A DNA stretch of 36,369 nt from Candidatus Hermodarchaeota archaeon. Its GTDB lineage: Archaea > Asgardarchaeota > Hermodarchaeia > Hermodarchaeales > Hermodarchaeaceae. Positions 28,001-36,369 of this stretch are shown in pieces; position 1 is the first letter of the stretch; every line of letters starts with the position of its first letter. The DNA lies in the NCBI GenBank assembly GCA_016839805.1, contig JAEOTO010000010.1:1-36369 (forward strand). Direction: 5' to 3'. A program made the translations under genes and the position numbers. The notes below the pieces were generated by a model. That model searched no databases. It was given only the letters and a program-made list of their open reading frames with translations, and was not told where the DNA came from.

Positions 28001-28505
28001 ACCACCTCTATACCTTCCAATAGAATGGATTATCGCGATAATCGTAGTTGTAGTCATAATCGTAGTAGCGATTCTTGGGTATCGCTACTGGAAACGCCGT
28101 CCCCGGCAACCAACAGCACCTTCAATCGATGCAGCAGCGATGCTCACAGCGCTTCGACAATTGCTTACTCAACAGAAATACCGGGATTCTATCATCTATG
28201 CTTTTAGAATGTTTGAAGCGATTGTCCAGGCTAAACTAGGACTCTACAGAGATCCTAGCATTACCGTCCGAGAGTTTGCGAATTTAACGGTCGCTCAAGG
28301 GCGACTTGATACCAGAAACATGGAAGTCTTCATTCGAGGTGTAGAGGAAGCCCGGTATAGTGACCATCCTATAAGTTACAATACTGCCCTTTCAACACTT
28401 AATGCCTTTGCAAAAATGTATAATTCCTTAACCGGAGGCAATTTACGGTTTGTCACGCAGGAACAACAACCAACAACCGAGCCCGAACGGACCGAGAGCG
28501 GCTGA
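25008..28505 (+). CDS. Membrane-anchored transglutaminase-like protein with Ig-like repeats and C-terminal DUF4129-like domain
   Basis: N-terminal TM, YWR..AYD.Y.G..W, TGase core (FATA..MFLR..GIAARPV.G, HFWVEVY, WLQFDPTP), repeated G.L.D..G.GL.G beta modules with many N-x-S/T sequons, TM at ~aa 1005-1025 and a T.REFA..EEARYS tail. Confidence 0.88.
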   Translation: MVSKRSIVAAISLTIIILLILSFLWPLLFQPPIPRQEEYDDVPDWGTGVTVGTDDSFLDNITLDDVPLDLNWSLDPSFTVAVISPVDPPRYWRSTAYDRYMGTDWEKSSNATQLLGSVTPGSEIVYTIVQNITHQVAGSFPLLSLWPDPMIISNSIQCPHLPYPDSYDLETDQYGTAILNARFSSTGNTTLQYQVTYDPLNWTTIRPLAQSASSTPGAILTQYQQQGLNHLSPATRTYIQTELSSILTGVPDNAFEEAFAILNYFKGTFTFDPFLPRPGASDEHVAWFLAQGAGIGLDFATAYTMFLRESGIAARPVVGAVLGTNNGSHRIMYLMHVHFWVEVYIPTSGEGYWLQFDPTPLPSFITDGSPPPTPSIKKPPDPGAMDQDPYVISTYYDLSVSVTATVVDRFELFQIIAILTRDGVPEPGEPLLFYDETEHWLIGSNVTTATGEARTTFQYNNSAIVGFHFLRVAFHALSEIAVIALHGAANLSLSVTPQEVNRTRSVHFNGTLIDAVNGRGLSYNETRNSGVSILLNNILATASLTDAFGRYAVDCIINASQTPLGPTLVNATFFIPSVIDPTSSTIQALNITATSQLTVQAVPNSIRSNSTATLQGQLQYENGTGIAGQSIQLLWNGTPLGSAITDSAGYYALNHTPIPIGYVTIEARFMGAPLVYGSNARNTARVHEEGAIIIFVDDEDGDDLTQRGGNVYFSGWVENQNGTRQGFVTVRIFINGSEVAQTITLANGSFFYTYQLDPSQPVGAKEVTGDIIHGTLVVISSFDYFAINSTTRIQNLSFDMTPAMLGESVTLTGQVIDDQDIGLSGQILSVSLSYLTTSIPLGTTFSQPDGSFSYSFVIPGSIPGSISTVSFDVSYLGTPFLGPSSGSEPLGVFSNATLLIDVSSGPFAWNASIPINGTLEDSFGRTLTNRDIQLFIDNTYNFTAASNQYGQVYFVLRLRPSGNTDVNYTLQLRHETIITVNSTVRIITVEAQEQMQTPPPLYLPIEWIIAIIVVVVIIVVAILGYRYWKRRPRQPTAPSIDAAAMLTALRQLLTQQKYRDSIIYAFRMFEAIVQAKLGLYRDPSITVREFANLTVAQGRLDTRNMEVFIRGVEEARYSDHPISYNTALSTLNAFAKMYNSLTGGNLRFVTQEQQPTTEPERTESG

Positions 28506-29898
28506 GGCGAAGAATCGAGGCAAATTTGTCACAATCGTCGTGTTTTGCTTCGTGTTCACCATAGCTTGGCTTCCACTTCTCCTCAGCGTGACAGGTGTAG
28601 GTGGAGTTGATGTCCTGCCCTTTTCGATTTACAACGATGGCACTGATCCAGGAGATGGGTGTTCTGAACTGGCTAACGAGCTTACAAGTAACGGTTTCGA
28701 AGTAAGCCCATTAATCAGTTCATTAAGTGTGGTTAATGGGATTCCACAAAATAGCGTCCTTTGTATCCTTGGCCCCACTCATTTTTTCTCCATAACTGAT
28801 AGTGCAGCGTTGATTGGGTTCTTTCAGGATGGGGGAAGTTTACTAATTGCCGATGATTTTGGCTCTGGAAACACCCTGTTAGACGGATTGGCGCTAATAC
28901 TTCAAAATTGGCCTAGCCAACCGGTCGGTTTCATGCAAGTTTCACAAATAAGATTTGATCGAGGCCTCCTCCTGGATGCTGATAATAACGATGGGGGCAA
29001 ACCATTGCTCCCTGCCATCAGCACGTTTACCGATGGGGGACGAATATTCTCAGGATTACACCATGTTGTGATGAATTTTGCCACTGGAATCCAGGGAATT
29101 CCTGCGAATGCCTCTCTAGCATCATCTGGAACGAATTCATGGATTGTGGCAGGTGATGTGTATACGCATATTCAACATGGGTTGGACCCAAGTTATATCG
29201 CCTTTAATTCTTCAAGAGGAGATCAACCCGGACCGTTTTCGTTGTTAACAGAGATACAGGTTGGTAATGGGCGAATAATGCTTCTTAGTGACCCAAGTAT
29301 TTTTATCAACAATATGATTGACCGCGGAACAAATCGACGATTTGCGTTGGAACTCTTTACATATTTGGCAAATCAAGCAAATGCCTCTACAATAATTATT
29401 GACCATAATCATCTGGGATGGTCCCCTTCGGCTCCTGTTCTCTATGTGGGATTAATGTTGGGACAGATTACCTATGTTTCCACTAATTGGTTATTGGCAC
29501 CCTTAGCCCCCCTTCTTGCAATTTGGATGGTTCGAAGGTATCTACCCTATGGTCGCCCCGAAAAACAGAAGCCAATGGAATTGTATCGGCTCCGAGGACA
29601 GACCCTGTTTACAAAGACGTTATATGATTACATAAACAAGCAACGGTATGATGAAGCGTTACAAGTTATTTATGGGCAACTTAAGCGCGATTTACGTCGT
29701 CGGCACGGGTTACGTGTTTTTGATGTGCCAAGACTTTTAGTCAGCGTTTCACGTACACGGCAACCAGATGACATTGCGCTATTAACGGATGATTTTGAAG
29801 CCCTAGAAAAAGCCGTCCATGAATCACGGCGAATTAACCGTGAACAGTTTCTTGACCTCTTTTTCAAGATCGAACGTATTAGAGAAAATATTGGGTGA
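28450..29898 (+). CDS. DUF4350-like membrane protein
   Basis: FSIYN..G.S, GGSLLIADDFGSGN.LL and G.GRI.LLSDPSIFIN.MI, with TMs near both ends. TTG start uncertain (56-nt overlap; GGAGG upstream). Confidence 0.8.
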   Translation: MSRRNNNQQPSPNGPRAAEAKNRGKFVTIVVFCFVFTIAWLPLLLSVTGVGGVDVLPFSIYNDGTDPGDGCSELANELTSNGFEVSPLISSLSVVNGIPQNSVLCILGPTHFFSITDSAALIGFFQDGGSLLIADDFGSGNTLLDGLALILQNWPSQPVGFMQVSQIRFDRGLLLDADNNDGGKPLLPAISTFTDGGRIFSGLHHVVMNFATGIQGIPANASLASSGTNSWIVAGDVYTHIQHGLDPSYIAFNSSRGDQPGPFSLLTEIQVGNGRIMLLSDPSIFINNMIDRGTNRRFALELFTYLANQANASTIIIDHNHLGWSPSAPVLYVGLMLGQITYVSTNWLLAPLAPLLAIWMVRRYLPYGRPEKQKPMELYRLRGQTLFTKTLYDYINKQRYDEALQVIYGQLKRDLRRRHGLRVFDVPRLLVSVSRTRQPDDIALLTDDFEALEKAVHESRRINREQFLDLFFKIERIRENIG

Positions 29899-29935
29899 AT
29901 AACAAATGAGTAGAAGAAGAAGACGTGGTGATGGA

Positions 29936-30877
29936 ATGTCCATCACAGAAGTCCGAAGTCAAGCATCCACCATTCTCGATGAAGTGGGGAAAGTGATCGT
30001 TGGAAAACGAGCGATTCTCCAAAATATCCTGATTGGTTTACTGGCAGAGGGACACATTCTATTGGAAGGTGTACCAGGAATAGCAAAGACTTACATGGCG
30101 AATTCCTTCGCACAAGCGATTGGATGTGAATTTAAGCGCATTCAATTTACACCGGATATGCTTCCCGCTGATATTGTAGGAACGAATGTCTACGACCCGA
30201 ATACAGGCGAATTTCGCTTACGGAAAGGTCCGGTCTTTTCTAACCTAGTTTTAGCTGATGAAGTGAATCGGTCTCCACCGAAAACACAGTCAGCGCTCCT
30301 TGAAGCGATGCAAGAAAAACAGGTCACCATAGAAGGGTCAACCTTACCACTTCCGGCACCCTTTATGGTGCTAGCTACGCAAAACCCCATTGAGCTCGAA
30401 GGGACCTATCCTCTTCCTGAAGCTCAAGTTGACCGTTTTCTCTTCAAACTCCATGTTGATTATCCTTCGGATGCCGAAGAGGTTGAAATCCTCCGCCGAA
30501 GGCACCAACCAGAAGACGTGGAAATTGGACCTGTAGTTGATCCACCCACATTACTCCAAATGCAAGCGACTACCAGACGTGTTTTCATTGAACCATACAT
30601 CATGTCATATATTCGAGATATTGTAGTCCGAACACGAAACGACCCACAAATTTTGATCGGCGGTTCACCACGAGCCTCTATCGTCTTATTAGAAACTTCC
30701 AAAGTTCATGCGGCTTTCAGTGGTCGCGACTATGTCACACCTGACGATGTAAAGTCGCTCGCCTTTCATACATTAAACCACCGTTTAATTCTCAAGCCTG
30801 AAGCAGAATTAGAAGGAACCTCTGTTCATAGTGTTATTGACCGAATTTTAAGACAAATTAGTGCACCAGGAGCGTAA
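29936..30877 (+). CDS. MoxR family AAA+ ATPase
   Basis: GHILLEGVPGIAKT, RIQFTPDMLPAD, LADEVNR, ATQNPIELEGTYPLPEAQVDRF and SPRA. Start placed at the ATG at 29936 (GGTGA RBS). Confidence 0.95.
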   Translation: MSITEVRSQASTILDEVGKVIVGKRAILQNILIGLLAEGHILLEGVPGIAKTYMANSFAQAIGCEFKRIQFTPDMLPADIVGTNVYDPNTGEFRLRKGPVFSNLVLADEVNRSPPKTQSALLEAMQEKQVTIEGSTLPLPAPFMVLATQNPIELEGTYPLPEAQVDRFLFKLHVDYPSDAEEVEILRRRHQPEDVEIGPVVDPPTLLQMQATTRRVFIEPYIMSYIRDIVVRTRNDPQILIGGSPRASIVLLETSKVHAAFSGRDYVTPDDVKSLAFHTLNHRLILKPEAELEGTSVHSVIDRILRQISAPGA

Positions 30878-30881
30878 TCTT

Positions 30882-32207
30882 TTGGTGTTTTCTGAGCGGG
30901 GCCGAGCAGTTCTCCTCATGGGTATATTCATACTCGTTGCAGGCTTCGCTTTCACTAATTACATTCTTACTCTCCTCGGGATCTTTCTCATTGCCGGCTC
31001 AGTCGCTAGTTCTCCATATTTTCAAGCCACAATGCCCGTAGAAACCTTAGAAGTGACCCGGGAAATTGATAAGCGTAACATCTTCCAAGATGATTTCATC
31101 CACGTGAAACTTACAGTTAAAAATTCTGGGTCTCATCGTATCGATTCGGTTGACATCTTTGATGTGTATCCTGAAATTTTCAGGTTAGTTTTGGGAAAAA
31201 ATAGCATTCGAACTCGAATAGACGCAAACCAGGAAGTCAAATTCTCATACATTCTCCAAGCCCCCTTACGTGGGAAATTCACTTTTGGTCCAACCAAGTT
31301 TCAAATCTATGACCGCCTCGAGTTTCGCTTTGAAGAGCTATCAGGAGAGAATTACGAAGACCTTCTCATTTACCCAAATGTGGAAGAAGTACGGATAATG
31401 GAAAGTTTAGCGCAAAAACGCCGTCTTGGCCATATGTTTGGGATACACAAAACTCGTCAGATGAGTATGGGCACTGATTTCACAGGTATTCGGAGGTATG
31501 AAGCGGGTGATGAGTATCGGCGAATTGACTGGAAATCGTCAGCGCGAACACGGAAATTAATGATGCGCCAATATGAAACTGAACGCAATATTCGAATGTT
31601 TATGGTTCTTGATACTGGCGCGACAATGGGAGCAGGACGTCCTGAGTACAGTAAACTTGAAGCAGCGATTCGTGCAGCATTGATGTTAGCAAAAATGGCT
31701 ATGGAACGCAAAGATCATGTAGGTCTGCTCACCTGGTCGACAAAACAGCATTCTTTCCTTAAACCTGGACTCGGGGAAGCCCATTATCATCGATTACTCG
31801 ATCAACTTGCAGAAATCGAAGCCGGAGGAACGTTTGATTTAACTGCAGTTGTAGAATATTTAGCTCCTCGAGTATCACAACAAAGTTTCTTCATCATCTT
31901 AACAGATCTTGAGTCAAATCGTAAGCGTCTTGAAAAGGGAATCAGGCTTATTCGTGGTTACAAGCATAATGCTCTAATTATCACGCCTTTTGGACCATGG
32001 TTTGAAATAGAAGAGATTTATCTATCGCCAGTTGAACGCGCTATCGGAGAGGCGATTGTCCATCGACTTCTTGAAGAGCAATCAGCGCTAGCAAAGAGTC
32101 TTCGCCGTGTTGGAGTCTCAGTTGTCCCTGTTGGGCCTGGTGACTTTCTCCCAACTGTACTTAGTGAATATTTGAAGGCGAAGAAACGGAGCATTGCAGT
32201 CATTTAG
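30882..32207 (+). CDS. DUF58 / vWA-domain protein (MoxR partner)
   Basis: RG.F.FGP, GTDF.GIR.Y..GD..RRIDWK.SAR, LD.GATM and LTD. Start approximate (TTG 30882 or GTG 30885 after AGGAG). Confidence 0.92.
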   Translation: MVFSERGRAVLLMGIFILVAGFAFTNYILTLLGIFLIAGSVASSPYFQATMPVETLEVTREIDKRNIFQDDFIHVKLTVKNSGSHRIDSVDIFDVYPEIFRLVLGKNSIRTRIDANQEVKFSYILQAPLRGKFTFGPTKFQIYDRLEFRFEELSGENYEDLLIYPNVEEVRIMESLAQKRRLGHMFGIHKTRQMSMGTDFTGIRRYEAGDEYRRIDWKSSARTRKLMMRQYETERNIRMFMVLDTGATMGAGRPEYSKLEAAIRAALMLAKMAMERKDHVGLLTWSTKQHSFLKPGLGEAHYHRLLDQLAEIEAGGTFDLTAVVEYLAPRVSQQSFFIILTDLESNRKRLEKGIRLIRGYKHNALIITPFGPWFEIEEIYLSPVERAIGEAIVHRLLEEQSALAKSLRRVGVSVVPVGPGDFLPTVLSEYLKAKKRSIAVI

Positions 32208-32234
32208 GAAAGGAAAATAGGAGATGAGGGTGAA

Positions 32235-33491
32235 GTGACACGTAATATTCTCTGGGTTCTGCGAGGAGTCGCTGTTGCCACCTTCATCATTTTTGCTGCA
32301 ATAATTCTGTCAAGTCTTAATCCGGTGGTTTGGCGCTTGGGTGGAGCTGCAGGACCCTTTACTGCGTTAACAGAATTTTCTGTTGAACTTCGAAATGGCC
32401 TTACCTTACTTGTGAGTCTTTTCATAGAAATTGCTGCAACGATAGGAGCTTTAGTTGGAGCTTATTTCACTAATCAACCGCCTCTTATTCTCATCCAAGC
32501 ACACCGTGAAGCAATTGGAGCCTATTTTCAGGCACTTGGGTTCACATTCACACGAGCGCCTGAAGAGATTGTGCCGGCATTAATTATTAGCCTCTATTTT
32601 CTCGGTTTTCAGATACTACTCATTATCGGTCTGATTGCAGGAATCCTCTCCTTTCTTCGAATCAGTGGTCGTTTAGCCTCTCTCTGTTTTATTTCCATGA
32701 TAGCCCTAGCCATTTTGGGTGCTGCGGGCATACTGTTGAATTTTTCACAGTTTCCTTATGGTTTTTTCTTTGCTCCAGATAGCTCTTTTCCACCTCCACC
32801 AAACGCTGCATTATTCTTAGCGTCTCAAGTGTTCCTTATCGCTCTAATGGGCTACATTTACTTGGAAGTCTCCTACCAGGTTGTCTACTTCTATTCACTC
32901 CTTGAACCTCCCACAATTCGTGAAGAGCAATTACGCCGGCAAATCCAGCAGTTACAATCTGATGCTCAGAGTGAGATTCCCACACGCAGACAAGATATAC
33001 CAGTTCCTAAAGCCCTTCAGCGTATGTTAGGTTCGGATGCATTTCGGTTGATGCGTCAAGTCATTGAGCGTAAACTTTTACGCCGTGAATGGTTGGTTGA
33101 ACTAAAAGATGCGCATGAAGTCAGAAGATTAAACACGTTTGTCACTCGGCTATTTCGAGAAGATCCCGAAGCAGAGGCTTCGTTGACAGCTCAGGCAGCT
33201 AGCCCCTCATTGATTCGAATGACGGGACTTTCAATTGGCTCATCAATTATTCGCTTTGCTTTCGTCATCCTCATTGCATACATTTGCATTCACCCCATAG
33301 CACTTCTCTTATTGTTCAACGCACCTCCCATTATCCTCTATTCAGTTGAGTTCCTCTACTTGCCTGAAAAGACACTAATGTTTCTCCTTCCGCTTTCGCT
33401 TCTCTTTCCGCTAGCCGCGACAATTATTGGTTATATCCGCCAGCGAAGGGCTCAACCGTTTGATCAGACTACACCAACATTGTCACAATAG
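32235..33491 (+). CDS. Hypothetical multi-pass membrane protein
   Basis: About 7 hydrophobic segments with a charged ~110-aa loop; last gene of the co-directional moxR operon. Confidence 0.8.
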   Translation: MTRNILWVLRGVAVATFIIFAAIILSSLNPVVWRLGGAAGPFTALTEFSVELRNGLTLLVSLFIEIAATIGALVGAYFTNQPPLILIQAHREAIGAYFQALGFTFTRAPEEIVPALIISLYFLGFQILLIIGLIAGILSFLRISGRLASLCFISMIALAILGAAGILLNFSQFPYGFFFAPDSSFPPPPNAALFLASQVFLIALMGYIYLEVSYQVVYFYSLLEPPTIREEQLRRQIQQLQSDAQSEIPTRRQDIPVPKALQRMLGSDAFRLMRQVIERKLLRREWLVELKDAHEVRRLNTFVTRLFREDPEAEASLTAQAASPSLIRMTGLSIGSSIIRFAFVILIAYICIHPIALLLLFNAPPIILYSVEFLYLPEKTLMFLLPLSLLFPLAATIIGYIRQRRAQPFDQTTPTLSQ

Positions 33492-33945
33492 CCCGTGATG
33501 TAGAGCTTTCGGCAAGCTCAACGTCTACTTTTGATATATTGGAATGGTCTTTGGTGAGATTCTCCATTAGTTGATTACAAAGAATGCGTGCTAGTTCTTC
33601 AGCTGTGGTCTCAACTATGTCAAGAATCTTCACATTTTTTGAAGGAAAAGAGTATGTTCCCTCTGATGTTTTGACTTTGGTCTGGTTATCCTGTTGGTCG
33701 ACCTCGATGAGTTTTGATTTGGCAGGTAATAAAATCAGATGATCCCATTGCTTACACAACTCTCGAAGATGCCCTTTGAGTACACGAAAATCGATGACCA
33801 TTCCCAGAGGATTGAGTTCCCCCCATATTGTTGCTGTTATGTGGTAATTATGACCATGAAGGAGTTCACATTTACCTCCTTCGCTGACGAAGTGTGCAGC
33901 TGCAAAGTCAATACCCGAAACCTCAACTGCGACTTGCTTACCCAT
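33469..33945 (-). CDS. queD: 6-carboxy-5,6,7,8-tetrahydropterin synthase (QueD/PTPS family)
   Basis: FAAAH, CELLHGHNY, GMVIDF, DH and TTAEELA. Confidence 0.9.
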   Translation of the reverse strand: MGKQVAVEVSGIDFAAAHFVSEGGKCELLHGHNYHITATIWGELNPLGMVIDFRVLKGHLRELCKQWDHLILLPAKSKLIEVDQQDNQTKVKTSEGTYSFPSKNVKILDIVETTAEELARILCNQLMENLTKDHSNISKVDVELAESSTSRAIVTMLV

Positions 33946-33993
33946 GATACAAACCCAGTTGTATATTGTGTCTTAGAGTAGATAAAGAATGGG

Positions 33994-34029
33994 AAAAAAG
34001 AGGAGAGAAGCGCCCGCAGACGCGGACGC
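33994..34029 (-). terminator. Putative terminator of the thermosome gene
   Basis: GC hairpin GCGUCCGC-GUCU-GCGGGCGC directly after the stop, followed by a pyrimidine/U6 tract. Confidence 0.5.
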
Positions 34030-34033
34030 GAGA

Positions 34034-35698
34034 TTACATCATACCTGGCGGCATACCACCCATTCCGCCCATACCTGGCGGCATGCCACCCATGCCAGGT
34101 CCACCAGGTGGTGCTGCACTTCGTTTTGATGCGATGACATCGTCAATGCGGAGAATGAGTGATGCGGCTTCGGTAGCTGAGCGAATTGCATGTGTTTTGA
34201 CGCGAAGTGGTTCAAGAACGCCTGATTTCATCATTTCTTTTGCTTTCCCTGATAGGATATCAACACCCATGGTGTTTTTACCTAAGCCGTGCTCTGAGCG
34301 GAGTGCGACAAGGACATCGATGGGATCGTGACCAGCGTTCTCAGCTAGGGTTTTCGGAATGATTTCGATCGCATCAGCAAATTTGTTAACTGCAATTTGT
34401 TCTCGACCCTTTAATGAGGAAGCAAATTCTCGAAGTTGGGAAGCAACTTCGATTTCCGGTGCGCCACCGCCAGCAACTACTTTGCCATCTTCGACGGCAT
34501 CTCGTACAACCGAGACAGCATCATGAAAAGCCCGATCAGCTTCATCTACGACGCGTTCTGTACCTCCACGGATGAGGACACTGACTGTCTTTGGATCCTT
34601 GCAACCTTCGACGAAGACCATCTTATCATTCCCGACTTTGCGTTCTTCAACAAGGTCGCAGATACCGAGATCTTGTTCAGTGAGATGGTCGATAGATGAG
34701 ACTACTCGTCCTCCCGTCGCACGGGCGAGAGCTTCCATATCACTCTTTTTAATTCGGCGAACAGCGATGATGTTTTCCTTCGCAAGATAATGTTGAACTT
34801 TATCGTCGATTCCTTTTTGGGCAAAGACGACATTAGCACCAATTGTTTTCACTTTATCAGAGATCTTTTTCAGCATCCGTTGTTCTTCATCAAGAAAGGC
34901 CTTCATCTGTTCAGGATCAGTAATGCGGATCTCCGCGTCCATCTCAGTTTTTTCAACTTCCATTGACGCATTGATAAGAGCAATTTTCGCACCTGACATG
35001 CGACGGGGCATTTCGGAATGGACAATTTCCTTATCTATTATTACACCGCGAACTAGTTTGGTATCCCGAACTGAACCGCCCTCTTTCTTTTCAACCTTAA
35101 TGTGATCAATGTCAGCTACAATTCCACCAGAGGTCTCTTCAGTAATTTGTAAAACTGCATCCACAGCTATGGGAGAGAGGAAGTCTTTAGCTTCAGCAAT
35201 TAGCTTGCTAGCCATTGAAGTACTACAAACCTTGAGGAGCTTATCACGATCGCCAAGTGTACAATCAATGGACATACCGTTGAGAACATCACTTGCCTTG
35301 TCTACGGCTTTTCGATAACCAGATATAATAACTGTCGGATGGACACCGGACGAAATTAGACCCATTGCTTGCTTGAGCAATTCACCACATAGAACGACTG
35401 CGGTTGTTGTTCCATCACCGGTTTCAGCATCTTGAGCTTTTGCTACCTGAACAAGCATTTTGGCAGCAGGATGCTGAACTTCGATTTCATCGAGGATAGT
35501 GGCACCATCATTTGTGATGGTTACATCGCCCAGGCTATCCACCAGCATTTTATCTTGACCACGCGGGCCCAGGGACGTGCGAACTGCATCCGCTAATGCT
35601 CGCACTGCCATGATGTTATTTTCGCGAGCGTCACGACCTCGGGCGCGTTCTGTACCTTCTTTAAGTATTAATACCGGCACGCCTTGCATTTGTGCCAT
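34034..35698 (-). CDS. Thermosome (group II chaperonin) subunit
   Basis: LGPRGQDKMLVD, TNDGATIL, GDGTTT, GGGAPE and GGM-rich tail. True start is the ATG at 35698 (GGAGG RBS), not 35803. Confidence 0.97.
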   Translation of the reverse strand: MAQMQGVPVLILKEGTERARGRDARENNIMAVRALADAVRTSLGPRGQDKMLVDSLGDVTITNDGATILDEIEVQHPAAKMLVQVAKAQDAETGDGTTTAVVLCGELLKQAMGLISSGVHPTVIISGYRKAVDKASDVLNGMSIDCTLGDRDKLLKVCSTSMASKLIAEAKDFLSPIAVDAVLQITEETSGGIVADIDHIKVEKKEGGSVRDTKLVRGVIIDKEIVHSEMPRRMSGAKIALINASMEVEKTEMDAEIRITDPEQMKAFLDEEQRMLKKISDKVKTIGANVVFAQKGIDDKVQHYLAKENIIAVRRIKKSDMEALARATGGRVVSSIDHLTEQDLGICDLVEERKVGNDKMVFVEGCKDPKTVSVLIRGGTERVVDEADRAFHDAVSVVRDAVEDGKVVAGGGAPEIEVASQLREFASSLKGREQIAVNKFADAIEIIPKTLAENAGHDPIDVLVALRSEHGLGKNTMGVDILSGKAKEMMKSGVLEPLRVKTHAIRSATEAASLILRIDDVIASKRSAAPPGGPGMGGMPPGMGGMGGMPPGMM

Positions 35699-35817
35699 TA
35701 CATTGTTCCTCCTTTGAGATAATTGGTTTCCAAAGTAGGATGAACTGCTCCGGCAATCCTTGCACTGACATAAAAATCTTACGCCGTTTCTGGAAGTAAT
35801 CAAAGTTAATGAGTATC

Positions 35818-36369
35818 TCAGAGTTCAGTGAGTGGAGTGTAGTCCCATTCAGTGAATATTGTTCGAAGCATGCTCACAATGCCACGAGATAGGAAGATTG
35901 TTTCCATGACAAAGGCCATGAAGAGGATTTCAATCCAGGCTTTAGCTACAATGCCAAGGGCAATTATGAGGACAAATTCTGCGGGAATTGGTGTCATGAA
36001 GGGTACGATGAATACGAAAAGCCAAATAGTGAAAATACATTCAGGAACATAGCCAAGGATGGTGGAGAGAAATGGGCGTTTGAAGGTCTTCTGTACAACC
36101 CCGCTGGTAAACCCTGTCATCGCCTTTCCTGCTGGTAGACCTAATAGTCCGACTATTCCTAGAGATCCCCAGATATACCCAAAGGCAATTCCAGGATAAA
36201 CCCCCACAATGGCACCTGTTATTGCACCAAGAATTGCGCCACCGGGAATTGCTACCATAAAGGTTCCAAGATGACTCAAATCTAGAGCGATTTGTGCACC
36301 GCCAAGGTGTACCATGTTAATAGTAAGAATGGATACTGCTGTACCTAAGGCCGCCATTACTGCTGCATA
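35818..36369 (-). CDS. ECF transporter S-component-like membrane protein, 5' end outside the window
   Basis: AALG...LDLSHL...GGA.LGAITG pattern and ~6 TMs; the frame stays open to the window edge. Confidence 0.7.
   Translation of the reverse strand, partial: YAAVMAALGTAVSILTINMVHLGGAQIALDLSHLGTFMVAIPGGAILGAITGAIVGVYPGIAFGYIWGSLGIVGLLGLPAGKAMTGFTSGVVQKTFKRPFLSTILGYVPECIFTIWLFVFIVPFMTPIPAEFVLIIALGIVAKAWIEILFMAFVMETIFLSRGIVSMLRTIFTEWDYTPLTEL

Noticed and set aside
34037-34110. Short tandem repeats (CATACCTGGCGGCAT)
   Set aside because: They encode the usual GGM/PPGM chaperonin tail; not CRISPR.
35699-35803. N-terminal extension of the thermosome ORF (CQCKDC)
   Set aside because: It lies over the promoter; a strong RBS precedes the ATG at 35698.
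179-36052. Many short ORFs antisense to or overlapping real genes (e.g. 179-364, 2079-2390, 13052-13591, 33966-34331)
   Set aside because: They are shadow frames of well-supported genes or elements and have no recognisable motifs.
1-36369. tRNA, rRNA, CRISPR array, integrase or transposase genes
   Set aside because: None recognised by eye; intergenic spaces are short and mostly accounted for.

Overview
Gene-dense archaeal chromosome segment, shown by TFB, type II MetAP, GGGP synthase, thermosome, AORs and TATA boxes. A Roadblock/LC7 protein, an MglA-like small GTPase and a CdvA-like coiled-coil protein point to an Asgard lineage (inference). The centre (~6.4-24.1 kb) holds a catabolic cluster: two AOR-family tungstoenzymes each with a polyferredoxin, two MoaD/SAMP proteins, a non-canonical PreA/DHODH-like flavoprotein, two amidohydrolases (one clearly SsnA-like), two knotted YgeW-like carbamoyltransferases and a ThrC-like PLP enzyme lacking the phosphate-binding Arg. 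Together these look like a tungsten-based counterpart of the bacterial xdh-ssnA-ygfK-ygeW-ygeX anaerobic purine/urate pathway. Three non-coding elements are not in the ORF track: (1) a 222-bp protein-less IS200/IS605 element keeping a TATA box and a TnpB reRNA-like scaffold, inserted in an aor stop codon without changing the protein; (2) a second IS605 right-end remnant; (3) a box C/D sRNA complementary to the SSU rRNA decoding-site motif. The right part has a MoxR/DUF58/DUF4350 operon with a catalytically altered transglutaminase-like surface protein, queD, a thermosome subunit and a truncated ECF S-component. All calls come from motif recognition by eye; no searches were run.
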